Source: an uncultured Gammaproteobacteria bacterium (lineage in GTDB: Bacteria > Patescibacteriota > Microgenomatia > UBA8517). From it: a stretch of 64,000 bases of DNA. The stretch spans positions 124,298 through 188,297 of the forward strand of contig CAZRJH010000002.1 in the NCBI GenBank assembly GCA_964600575.1, in the 5' to 3' direction. The position numbers and the translations under genes were made by a program. Shown piece after piece: positions 46,152 to 55,441 of the stretch (the first letter of the stretch is position 1; every line of letters begins with the position of its first letter). Below the pieces are notes generated by a model. The model did not search any database. It had not been told where the DNA came from and saw nothing but the letters and a program-made list of their open reading frames with translations.

Positions 46152-46449
46152 GGATATCTTTTTTACTTTTTGCACTTATCAACATTAGCTTCATATTTAT
46201 CCACAAAGTTATTAACAATCGGCAATGCCTAGTATAAACACGAATATTTTACAAAAGTTAGCCTCGATTTTAAGATATTATCTACTTATCAACCCTTTCT
46301 ACTACTAAAACTACTATTTTTATTATTAATAAACCTCAAATACTAAAAACATCAAAAAACAAAAAGCGTTGAAAACAATTAAGATGTAAATGTCATCTTG
46401 TTTTGAGTTAACCATAAACATATACTGATGCCGTTGTAACAAATTAAAT
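46152..46449. other. Probable oriC (dnaA-dnaN intergenic)
   Basis: DnaA boxes TTATCAACA 46176, TTATCCACA 46197, TTATTAACA 46209, TTATCTACT/TTATCAACC 46278-46294, followed by CTA trinucleotide repeats (46299-46316) and an AT-rich tract. Confidence 0.85.
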
Positions 46450-47562
46450 ATGAAACTAACAGTACTTCAAGAAGATTTTGCTAAGGCGGTGAACATAGCC
46501 TCAAGGTTCGCAAGCCCAAAGGCTCAACTTCCAATATTAGGAAACATTTTGATAAGTTCCGAAAAAACCAAAGTTAGAATAGTCTCAACAAATTTGGAGA
46601 TATCAGCTTCCGTGTCACTTGGTGCAAAAGTAGAAGAAGAGGGAGAGATAAGTATTCCTTCTAAAGTTTTAAACGATCTTGTTAGCAATCTTCCTAAAGA
46701 AACGATAGAAATATCTTCAAAAGAAGAGCAGCTTAAAGTTTCTAGCCCCGGTTTTTCATCTAATGTTTTGGGGATGTCTGCTGTTGATTTTCCCAAGGTA
46801 CCTGCGGGCATAGATAAAAGCAAAGCGGTACCATTACCTTCCAAAGAATTTTCGGACGCTTTATCGAAGGTTACATTCGCTGCATCAATGGACGAAACAA
46901 GACCTGTTTTGACAGGTGTTTTGTTTATAAAAGATAAAAAGAATTTGAACTTAGTAGCCACCGACGGCTTTAGACTGTCTAAAAAAACAGTAAATGTGGA
47001 AAATGATGACGAATTTAAATTAATACTCCCAAAGCTTATTCTTAACGAAGTGGCAAGAGATTCTAGTTCGGAAATGTTTTTTTCATTTGACCAAAACGAT
47101 AAACAAGCTGTATTTTCAAGCGGCGATATCACTTTGACATCAAGACTTCTGGAAGGGGAATACCCCGATTTTGACAAAATTATTCCTAAAAATTCATCTT
47201 TGAGCATATCTGTTGATAAGGAAGATTTTTTAAGAGCGGTTAAGTTAGCATCTGTTTTTGCAAGAGAAGCTTCTAATATTGTTAAGATTAAAGTTCTTAA
47301 AGAATCAATAAAAGTATCTGCTGAAAGCGGTAGTTCCGGGAGCCAAGAAATGAGTGTAGAGGCAAAGATTCAAATAAATGAAAAAGGGAACGAAAACATG
47401 GAGGTTAGTTTTAATTATAAGTTTTTGGAAGATTTTCTTAATTCGATCAAGAGCGATACTTTAACAATTGATTTGTCGGGTCCAAGCTCCGCGGGTGTTT
47501 TTAGAGAAGCCTCAGACTTAGAATATCTTCATTTAATAATGCCTGTGAGGGTTCAGAGCTGA
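46450..47562 (+). CDS. dnaN: DNA polymerase III beta clamp
   Basis: LPILGNIL, ETRPVLTGV, VATDGFRLS, LLEGEYPDF, HLIMPVR. Confidence 0.96.
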   Translation: MKLTVLQEDFAKAVNIASRFASPKAQLPILGNILISSEKTKVRIVSTNLEISASVSLGAKVEEEGEISIPSKVLNDLVSNLPKETIEISSKEEQLKVSSPGFSSNVLGMSAVDFPKVPAGIDKSKAVPLPSKEFSDALSKVTFAASMDETRPVLTGVLFIKDKKNLNLVATDGFRLSKKTVNVENDDEFKLILPKLILNEVARDSSSEMFFSFDQNDKQAVFSSGDITLTSRLLEGEYPDFDKIIPKNSSLSISVDKEDFLRAVKLASVFAREASNIVKIKVLKESIKVSAESGSSGSQEMSVEAKIQINEKGNENMEVSFNYKFLEDFLNSIKSDTLTIDLSGPSSAGVFREASDLEYLHLIMPVRVQS

Positions 47563-48146
47563 ATAAAACCTTCGTTTTCGGCAGGGGGGTCTTTTGAAAA
47601 ATCTTTCGCCCATAAGCTTAAAAAGTTGTCGAAACTTGTGGGTTCAAAATACCAGATTTCTAAAAGTGTTCCGTCTGCGTGTCCAAGGTATGCAATTCCA
47701 TTTTGAGGATATACATAAAGATTGAATGTGCTGTGGGATTTGTTTTCGTATAATTTAAACGGTGCCGTCCCAAATTGATTGGTTACGTATGTGACATTAA
47801 GTTTGTCATTGGTGTTAACTATTTGCTTAATAAGTGCCAGTGTTCCGTTTCGAAATGTGGCTTCGTGAAATCTATATTGATTGGATGATCTAAATTCCGA
47901 AACAGTTAAAGTTCCTGTTGTTTTTGTGGATATTGGCCTGCCTAGTATCCCGTTTACATCTGTTTGAGTGCTGCTTCCAGGGGTAATATTGCCAAATTTT
48001 GCTTGCTGTGCGTCGGGGCTGGGGGTTTGTGAAGTAGAGGGGGAGTTTACCGGTTTTAAAAATATATTCAAAAATACCAATATTATGAAAGCGATGACTA
48101 AAACAGGGATCCATATTCTCTTTAGAAAATTAATTATTTTCGACAT
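47553..48146 (-). CDS. Single-TM extracytoplasmic hypothetical protein
   Basis: N-terminal TM, S/T/P linker, ITPGSST..DV..ILGRP repeat-like domain; last gene of the T4SS-like run. Confidence 0.65.
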   Translation of the reverse strand: MSKIINFLKRIWIPVLVIAFIILVFLNIFLKPVNSPSTSQTPSPDAQQAKFGNITPGSSTQTDVNGILGRPISTKTTGTLTVSEFRSSNQYRFHEATFRNGTLALIKQIVNTNDKLNVTYVTNQFGTAPFKLYENKSHSTFNLYVYPQNGIAYLGHADGTLLEIWYFEPTSFDNFLSLWAKDFSKDPPAENEGFIQL

Positions 48147-48173
48147 GTTAACTTAATTATATTAATAAAAACA

Positions 48174-51020
48174 CTAGGGTGCGAACATTACATTCTTGGC
48201 AAATTGGTAATGTTTGGGATATTGACTGGCGTAATTTGAAATACAGCGTACCCAAGACGAAGTACCGACATAAAGTGCGTTACCCTCGGCCATGCTTTCG
48301 TATTCGTTTCCTACTGTATTGGAATATGAGCAGATTGCCCATTCTGATGTGGGAACTTGTTGTTTAAATTGACTAACTGTGCCTCCATTGATGTTTTGTA
48401 AATGGTGTGAGACCTCATGAGTAAGAATGTAAAGAGCATCTGACTGACTTCTAATTCCACATTGGTTGTAATTAATATCACAACTGCCATTATGGTCGTG
48501 TCTTGCGTAAATAGTTTGGTTACAAAGACCGTTGCCTATTGGATTTGGACTTTTTGTTGTGTAACACATATTAATCTCTCCTCCCGCACAAACCTTTTGA
48601 GCAAAATTTGGATAAGTTCCTGCCAGCGTGGCTGATGCAGAATCTAAATTTGCTTTAAAGTTAGCAGGCCAAGGTTCGTTGTTGTCTACTGTTTTAAAAC
48701 AACCCAGAGGACAGTCTCCAAAACAAACGGAGGCTGACCCAGTTTCCGAAACCTCACCTCCCTCGTTGGAGCTTGCAGTTACCGTAATAGAATCGCTAAC
48801 CAAAGAATCATTGAAACTAGAGTTGTAGTTCGAAGTAAAACTGAATGTAAACGGAGCGCCTGCTGTAATGGTTGCGGGTGCTGCAGGTATTTCTTCCAAA
48901 TTTTTGCAGTCGATTATGCCACCAGCTTTTTTAACGGCGCTGCAAGTATTTGTAAAGCTTATACCTGTAAGGTCATCCTTTTTGGCAGTAATGGTTATGG
49001 TGTAAGTAACAGAAGTGGGGGACGCAAGCTGCCCCGAAGGTTCAGCTTTTTTTTCTACAGACATATAGGGGTTGGTGTTATTTAGACTGGAAGAACTTCC
49101 TCCTGGTGGAATCAGGTAGGCACTATTGTTTATGATTACTAAAATTAAGGCTATCATTAGCGGAAAACCGATAAGAAAACTGATAACAGGTAATCCCAAC
49201 TGTGTCAGGAAAGTTGCCCAGGCTATACTAAAAACTGTAAATATAGAGGAGGCTGTTCCGGAAAAAGCCTGACCCACACCTGTTAGACCTCCTGTCATAA
49301 ATCCAAAAGCACCCAAACCAAGTCCTGCTCCAATTAAGGCGCCAGAAATACCACCTGAAATCAGCATACCTGCAACAGCACCTCCTAATGCTATTGTTGT
49401 TCCGTCTATTTTTTTTGCGTTTTTAGACATCCAGTCTAAAGCTTTTGGACCAATCACAGCAGAAACCAACCCAACAACAGCACCGATAATCAAACTAACA
49501 CCACCTGTTACCGGTGCAGCTGCTGCTGATGCGGCTGCTACGGTGGTTTCCGTAGCAGCAACAGTGCCAACAGTTGCTGCCGTTGCTGCAGTTGCAGTTG
49601 CCGCAGCACCTGCTCCTTCGGCTACTGCAGCTGTAACTCCCCCTACTACTGCTGTTCCTTCTGTCGCCAATACGCCACCGCCAATGGCTGCCGTTTCTGT
49701 TGATATCGCCGCCGCCTGAGTTGTTGCAAGAGCTCCTGATACAGCATCTGCTCCAACTTCTGTACTAATACTGGCTGCTGCTTGTGTTACGCCAAAATCC
49801 ATTCCAGTTATCTGACCAGCCCAGCCAAAAGTTGGTCCGTATCCAAATTCGACTGCCACTCTTCCAAAAAATGTGGTACCCTCCCATGCAATAGGCTCAC
49901 CTAGTCCGTAATAACTTAGGGCTGCTTGGATAACTGGTGCGTTGTAGGCTTCGGCAAGGGCTCCTGATTCAGGAATACTGCTTTCGATCCATGTACCAAC
50001 TTGCCTTAGAAAAACAGACTTAATCTCACCAGAACCAACTTGGGAAATCGTATCAAAAACAAAATCTTGTCGTTGAAGAAAATCAAGTTGCTTTCCTGTT
50101 ACGTTTCCTAAATCATATTCCTCGAATCCAAGCCTTGGTGTGCTGGATATTTCGATTGCCACTCTATCCAAATCTCTTGGACCTAGATAATTCGAGGCAA
50201 AATCTTCTCCAAAAGAAGAGCTAATGATTTTTCTATCGATTTGAAATTCAACAAGCTCAGTTGTAGAAACATTTATTGCGGAATCTCTGAAAGTCTGAAT
50301 ATCGTCATTTTCGATTGACTCCAGCAGGTTAGTATCGTTTGAAATTTTATTTATTGTTACGGCCTCTACAGCAAGTGAATTTCCTCTTAAGTTTTCAACT
50401 ACCCTAACAGCAGCCCTAGTAGAGAGTGCTTTAACCGCTTCTTCATTTGCACCCTGTGGAACATTTGCTTTAATCCTTTTTTCAATTTCAGAAGCCAACT
50501 CCCTTGTTAATTCTCTGGGGTTGTTTTGTGCAGAGGTTCTTAGTGTTTCTGATGTGGGTTGTTTATCTGCAGACAAGGGGTCCGCCTGAGGTGTTGAAAC
50601 TCTTCTGTAAATTTTTCTCCCTTGAGTTTTTTTATGTAATTCCTCTTGTCTTTTTATGGAAGCTTCGACTTGAACTTTTGCATTTTCAGCGCTTTTTCTG
50701 ATAGCTTCTTCCCTTTTAACTCTTTCTGCTTCCATTGCCTCCCTTTTTGCTTTGTCAGGGAGATTTTCTTCTGCTTTTGGTGTTTCTGATCCTATTTTTT
50801 CAAGTACAAATTGAGCATTCTTGACAGTCTCTTTGTCGCCAATTTTTATATCTACACCTGTTAAATTTTTAACTGTTTCTATAAAAGACTGTCTATCGCT
50901 CCATTTAAAATTTCCTGAAACGAATGGCTTATCGCTAACATACACGGCGTTTTCAGGGAAAAAATGATCAAACGCAAGCATTAACTCTTCAACATTTTTC
51001 TTTGTTAATAAATTTGCCAT
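48174..51020 (-). CDS. Large T4SS-associated membrane protein: coiled-coil N-terminus, Ala/Gly/Thr hydrophobic region, Ig-like domain, HEXXH zincin
   Basis: APVTGGVSL and Gly-zipper helices; VEKKAEP...VTYTITIT; ILTHEVSHHLQ (48405-48419)...YS...ESMAE. Confidence 0.7.
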   Translation of the reverse strand: MANLLTKKNVEELMLAFDHFFPENAVYVSDKPFVSGNFKWSDRQSFIETVKNLTGVDIKIGDKETVKNAQFVLEKIGSETPKAEENLPDKAKREAMEAERVKREEAIRKSAENAKVQVEASIKRQEELHKKTQGRKIYRRVSTPQADPLSADKQPTSETLRTSAQNNPRELTRELASEIEKRIKANVPQGANEEAVKALSTRAAVRVVENLRGNSLAVEAVTINKISNDTNLLESIENDDIQTFRDSAINVSTTELVEFQIDRKIISSSFGEDFASNYLGPRDLDRVAIEISSTPRLGFEEYDLGNVTGKQLDFLQRQDFVFDTISQVGSGEIKSVFLRQVGTWIESSIPESGALAEAYNAPVIQAALSYYGLGEPIAWEGTTFFGRVAVEFGYGPTFGWAGQITGMDFGVTQAAASISTEVGADAVSGALATTQAAAISTETAAIGGGVLATEGTAVVGGVTAAVAEGAGAAATATAATAATVGTVAATETTVAAASAAAAPVTGGVSLIIGAVVGLVSAVIGPKALDWMSKNAKKIDGTTIALGGAVAGMLISGGISGALIGAGLGLGAFGFMTGGLTGVGQAFSGTASSIFTVFSIAWATFLTQLGLPVISFLIGFPLMIALILVIINNSAYLIPPGGSSSSLNNTNPYMSVEKKAEPSGQLASPTSVTYTITITAKKDDLTGISFTNTCSAVKKAGGIIDCKNLEEIPAAPATITAGAPFTFSFTSNYNSSFNDSLVSDSITVTASSNEGGEVSETGSASVCFGDCPLGCFKTVDNNEPWPANFKANLDSASATLAGTYPNFAQKVCAGGEINMCYTTKSPNPIGNGLCNQTIYARHDHNGSCDINYNQCGIRSQSDALYILTHEVSHHLQNINGGTVSQFKQQVPTSEWAICSYSNTVGNEYESMAEGNALYVGTSSWVRCISNYASQYPKHYQFAKNVMFAP

Positions 51021-51022
51021 TT

Positions 51023-53029
51023 TTACTTAGTGTCGTATGCACGAGGGTTGAGCCTTGCCATTTCCTCGGGATTGGTTGTTATCAACCTGTTTTCTTCCTC
51101 GGAAGCAACCACTCTTATTGGGGCATGGTGTGGTCCTGCAAAAAATATACCTTCTCCTACATTTGCCGCCAAAAGAAGCTGCTTTTCTCCTTGTGATAAA
51201 TAGAAAACTTCGCCTATTCTATCGATTGCGGCAGGCGATTGTTTTAAAAGTACCTGCATAGCACTGTTGGTAACTATGGCTTTACCAATATCTTGCGCCA
51301 AAAAGTCTTCTACATCCTGTGTAATGGTTGTAAGACCTAAATAATATTTACGGGCTCTTTTGACAACGCTCCATAAAAACTGTGCAGTGTCCGGATATCT
51401 CATCATATGCCAAGCCTCATCAACCAAAAGGACTCTCTTTTTAATATCTTTTTTAACACGGGTCCAAATGTAATCAAGAATTATAAACATTGCAATTGGA
51501 CGTATGGCGTCTTGCATGTCTTTAACGGAGAATACTGTAAACGGATTGTCTAGATTAATGTTTGTTTGTTTATCAAAAATTCCCACAAAACTCCCGCGTA
51601 CAAACTTTTCGATACGGGCTGCAAGGTCGAGTGCGTCGGGAACCTCCATACCTATTAGTGTTTTATATAAATCTTCCATTAAAGGTGGCTCTTTTCCTTG
51701 AGTATCGGGGTCCATTGTTATTCCTTTGTTTTTGTATGTCATAACCAACGACCGGTCGAGTAGTGCATCTTGAGTAGGGGATATTTGTCCCATGATGACT
51801 TTCATTAGAGAGTGGAGTGAAAGTATTTTAAGACCAAGCTGGTTCTCTCCCTCTTCTCTTATCTGAGCAAGGTCAAATGGATTGATTTTTGCATCGGAAT
51901 TATAAGAAAAAGAGATGTATTCACCACCAACCGCTTGGGCTAGAGGTTTGTATTCGTTTTCGGGGTCTAAGATTATAGCCTCCGTTCCCGTCATCAAAGA
52001 ACGAAGTGCCTCGAGCTTAACAAAGAATGATTTACCTGCTCCTGAGGTTGCAAAGATAACCATATTGCTGTTTTGCAAACTAAATCTGTCAAAAATAATA
52101 AAGGATTCGTTTTGTGAGTTGATTCCGTATAAAACCCCCCGGTCGCTGGAAAGTTCAGTTGATGTTAAGGGGAATGTTGTAGCAACGGATGTTGTATCCA
52201 TGTTTCTGGTTATACTTAACCTATCCATTCCAAACGGAGCAGTTGAAAGGAATCCCGACTCTTGATCTAAAAGTGCGTGCTTAGAAACGATAAGCAGTGA
52301 ACCAAGTTGTGACTCGATTTGTTTTGTCACATGGTTAAGTTCATCTACTGAGTTTGCCGGTATGGTTATATAAAAGGAGAATTCATAAAATCTTTCTATT
52401 CCCTTAACAAGCTGCTCCTGCAAAGCTTTCGCGTCTTCCAATTTTGCGGAAGTAGAGGGGTCGACTATTTTTCCGCGTTCTATATCTGTCGAAATTTCTG
52501 CTTCCATTTCGGCGATTTTGCGCCTAAGGTCATCCAGAACCGATTTTCCGTCTACAGGATAAACATAAAAAGATATATCCAAACTGGAATCAAAGTTAAC
52601 GACGGGCTCCAGCCATCCGGGTGAAACAAATCTAGGATATCCTCCTACAAAAATTGTACGAAAATACACATCGTTGATTTTTATATAATCAAAATCTTCC
52701 TCGATTGTTTGAGATGAGATTACATCTAAAACATTGGCGCCTTGAGTAACTGCCAGTCCCGGATTTGTATATTTTTGCTTGGCTTGTTTGATTTCCGTCT
52801 GAGTTGGTATGTTTGGTGCTACAGGGCTCGCTTGTGGTGCCGGTTGTTGTGCTACGGCAGGCGGAGTCATAGGTTGAACGGGTTGGGGTGGATCTTGCTG
52901 TGCAACATTCTGAGGAACTGGGGCAATTTGTCCGGGTTGTGGATTTGGATTTAAAGGTGGTGGTGTTATCCCTAAAGCAGAGGGTGGAACAGGGTTTTGT
53001 GGTTTAGAAAAAGGTAATTTTATATTCAT
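51023..53029 (-). CDS. virB4: VirB4/ConE-like T4SS ATPase
   Basis: Walker A ATSGAGKS, ILDPENEY, INPFD, Walker B LLVDEAWH, RARKY, ITQDVEDF. Confidence 0.9.
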   Translation of the reverse strand: MNIKLPFSKPQNPVPPSALGITPPPLNPNPQPGQIAPVPQNVAQQDPPQPVQPMTPPAVAQQPAPQASPVAPNIPTQTEIKQAKQKYTNPGLAVTQGANVLDVISSQTIEEDFDYIKINDVYFRTIFVGGYPRFVSPGWLEPVVNFDSSLDISFYVYPVDGKSVLDDLRRKIAEMEAEISTDIERGKIVDPSTSAKLEDAKALQEQLVKGIERFYEFSFYITIPANSVDELNHVTKQIESQLGSLLIVSKHALLDQESGFLSTAPFGMDRLSITRNMDTTSVATTFPLTSTELSSDRGVLYGINSQNESFIIFDRFSLQNSNMVIFATSGAGKSFFVKLEALRSLMTGTEAIILDPENEYKPLAQAVGGEYISFSYNSDAKINPFDLAQIREEGENQLGLKILSLHSLMKVIMGQISPTQDALLDRSLVMTYKNKGITMDPDTQGKEPPLMEDLYKTLIGMEVPDALDLAARIEKFVRGSFVGIFDKQTNINLDNPFTVFSVKDMQDAIRPIAMFIILDYIWTRVKKDIKKRVLLVDEAWHMMRYPDTAQFLWSVVKRARKYYLGLTTITQDVEDFLAQDIGKAIVTNSAMQVLLKQSPAAIDRIGEVFYLSQGEKQLLLAANVGEGIFFAGPHHAPIRVVASEEENRLITTNPEEMARLNPRAYDTK

Positions 53030-53038
53030 TTTTAGATT

Positions 53039-53746
53039 TTATTTTTTATCCATTACGACTTCTGGCTCTTTTTTAACCGCGGGTCTTTCGGGATTGTAAA
53101 TTGTATAAAAAAGGTTAACCAGCTCCGGAGTGGTTAGTTGTCTGAATTTTATACCAAGTCTACCCGCCTGTCTTACTAAATGATCGCGTCTGGGGTACAA
53201 AGTGATTTTTGCCTTTTTAATTACAAAAGATTTTGCATAAGGCAAAGGACCGGTTCTTCTTGTAAGTGATTGAACAGATTTGCCTACACCCAGTTCTAAG
53301 GGAGAAAGATACAAAACCACAAAAAACCTTTTACCTAAAACATTTTTCTTTTTGACGGACTCGGAAATAAAGCCTCTGTAGTTTGTCATAAGCCTTATTA
53401 AGAGGGGGTGTGTAAGTTTTTTGGCTTGTTCATCAAGAAAATTAAGATAAGAGCTTATATCCTTTCTGGAGGTTCTAACAATAATTTGTACGGAAAAAGA
53501 TAAAGAGTTAATCATTGCGGCATATGCTGCAATGACTGCCTCCTGCTCTTTTTCGCTTAAGAGTCCAAAGTTTAAAGAGGTTGATTCCATAACAAGAGCT
53601 GCGCCCCCGTCTTTGTAAATCAAAATGTCGTTTGTAATGTCTGCAATTGGTAAATGATCTTGGGTTGTAGCCGTTATTGGTTTGTCGGGAATAGAAATAA
53701 AAGGAACTTTTGGAAAATTTGATAGGTCCGGTGGTTTTATTGCCAT
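53039..53746 (-). CDS. T4SS accessory protein (TraC/VirB4 N-terminal-like)
   Basis: TQDHLPIADI, SLNFGLLSEKEQEAVI, NSLSFSVQI, LFYTIYNP; lies between prgI and virB4. Confidence 0.65.
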   Translation of the reverse strand: MAIKPPDLSNFPKVPFISIPDKPITATTQDHLPIADITNDILIYKDGGAALVMESTSLNFGLLSEKEQEAVIAAYAAMINSLSFSVQIIVRTSRKDISSYLNFLDEQAKKLTHPLLIRLMTNYRGFISESVKKKNVLGKRFFVVLYLSPLELGVGKSVQSLTRRTGPLPYAKSFVIKKAKITLYPRRDHLVRQAGRLGIKFRQLTTPELVNLFYTIYNPERPAVKKEPEVVMDKK

Positions 53747-53748
53747 AG

Positions 53749-54891
53749 TTAGTTAACTCCGACTGCCATAGGGTTTTGTACGACTGCGGGTGTCTGTTGT
53801 GGTGGAGCCTGTGCTACCGCCGAATGTTTACCTTGAATCAGTATTGGCGGTATAAGGTTTCCTGTTGTTTCAAAAGTATAAGGAATAAAGTCGAATCCGT
53901 CTTTTTCGGTAATGACATCATATCTACCAATCTCCAAGGGTGTTACGGTTATAAAATGCCCTGCTTTGTTGCTTCTTAATGCCCTTATCGGTCTTCCTGC
54001 GGAATCTCTTATTTCCATAATAGCTCCCTCGATTATTTTTCTGTTTTCATCCACAACCTGGCCGACAACAACATTTGGTATTGTCGGCGGGCTGGGAGGT
54101 GCCGCGTCAATTGAAAACAAAGCTTGTTTTGCCGAAACAATTTCTTCACCAGCAATAGTGGGTGCAACCTGGTGTGTTGTTATCTCCGGAGCAGATATAA
54201 GCGGGTCCGCTTTTCTTTCTTCTACAACCAAATGCGGAATATTAGACACGACTTTGATTGGCGCAGTTTGTGGTATCTGGAGTTCCTTTTGCGGTTCGAC
54301 GGGCTTAGGTGCTACCGCGACATTTTCTTTTGGCATAGTAAGCGGTACAACGGGGGGCTGTGGAACAGTGGGGGGTGGGGAAACGGGTGCGGCAGGAACT
54401 CCAGTAGAAACAGGGCTGACAACACCTGTAAACATACCTGTTAGAGTTGCCAAAAATCCTTGCTCTGCCATGTCCATTTTTGCGGAAGAGCCTGATTTTT
54501 GATTTGCAACGGATAAATAGTCGTTAAGTGCTTTTTCCTGAGGTGCCGCAGTTTCTACAGAAACAGTGCTTGCAGGTTCGTCCAAAAAAAACTTCGTGGC
54601 AACTTTTGTTTCTTGCCAATAGAATTCGGTTGGGGCGTATATCGCCCTAAAAAAAGCAAAAATCCACTTTTCCAAAGGCCGTTCTTCTAAGGGTAAAAAT
54701 GCCAAACAAACACCAAGGATTGCCGAAACGATTACAAACGGCCATTTAATTATTCCTATGAGTGGTGCGGAATAAAAAATTAGGGCGACCAAAAATCCAC
54801 CCGCAAGTTGAAAAAATTGCTTAAGGGTCATTTCTCCAACCAAACGAAATTGATAGGAGCTTATTTGTTGTGGTATTGCGTGTTGTTGCAT
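53749..54891 (-). CDS. PrgI-family (VirB3-like) protein with Pro-rich linker and carboxypeptidase-regulatory-like domain
   Basis: HAIPQQISSYQFRLVGEMTLKQF plus 2 TM and ERPLEKW; C-terminal VVGQVVD..IIEGAIMEIRD..SNKAGHF. Confidence 0.82.
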   Translation of the reverse strand: MQQHAIPQQISSYQFRLVGEMTLKQFFQLAGGFLVALIFYSAPLIGIIKWPFVIVSAILGVCLAFLPLEERPLEKWIFAFFRAIYAPTEFYWQETKVATKFFLDEPASTVSVETAAPQEKALNDYLSVANQKSGSSAKMDMAEQGFLATLTGMFTGVVSPVSTGVPAAPVSPPPTVPQPPVVPLTMPKENVAVAPKPVEPQKELQIPQTAPIKVVSNIPHLVVEERKADPLISAPEITTHQVAPTIAGEEIVSAKQALFSIDAAPPSPPTIPNVVVGQVVDENRKIIEGAIMEIRDSAGRPIRALRSNKAGHFITVTPLEIGRYDVITEKDGFDFIPYTFETTGNLIPPILIQGKHSAVAQAPPQQTPAVVQNPMAVGVN

Positions 54892-54975
54892 AAACAGGAA
54901 GCCTTTGAGGTAAAGGCAGCCTATAAACAGATTACTGCGTGAAGCGTATGGTGCAAGATGAAAGCTTTTTCACAA

Positions 54976-55023
54976 ACAAAAAGCCCTTGAGGTAGTGTTT
55001 CAAAAATAAAAACCTCAAGGGCT
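54976..55023 (-). terminator. Intrinsic terminator after the small membrane gene
   Basis: 12-bp IR AGCCCTTGAGGT/ACCTCAAGGGCT followed on - strand by TTTTGTTT. Confidence 0.7.
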
Positions 55024-55045
55024 GCAAGGACTAATAACTTTTTCG

Positions 55046-55321
55046 TTATTGTGTAAAAAAGGCGTAAACAACATATCCGCCTAAGCCAAAAATCAAAAAA
55101 AATATAGAAATTATGGTTAGAACAAGAACAACTGCCCAACCGACCTTGGCCTTACCGCTTGCGTTTTGCATCTTTTTAAAGCTGAAAAAAGCAAAAAAGC
55201 CAAAAAGTGCAACAGGAAAGACTCCTGGGACAAAAGTTAACAACAAACAGACAGGTGTGGCGACAACGGCTGTTAAAGCAATTTGCCACCATTTAAGTGC
55301 AAAGATGTTTGACACTTTCAT
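55046..55321 (-). CDS. Small 3-TM membrane protein
   Basis: AGGAG SD; three hydrophobic helices; own terminator. Confidence 0.65.
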   Translation of the reverse strand: MKVSNIFALKWWQIALTAVVATPVCLLLTFVPGVFPVALFGFFAFFSFKKMQNASGKAKVGWAVVLVLTIISIFFLIFGLGGYVVYAFFTQ

Positions 55322-55441
55322 GAAATACTCCTTGTAAAGTACAGTAATTTAAGTTGACTGTGGTATTTTCCCAAATTATAGGGCTATAGTCAAAATATTC
55401 TGTTTTGTAGTTGGTTTACGGATGTTATATAATTTGAGCAT

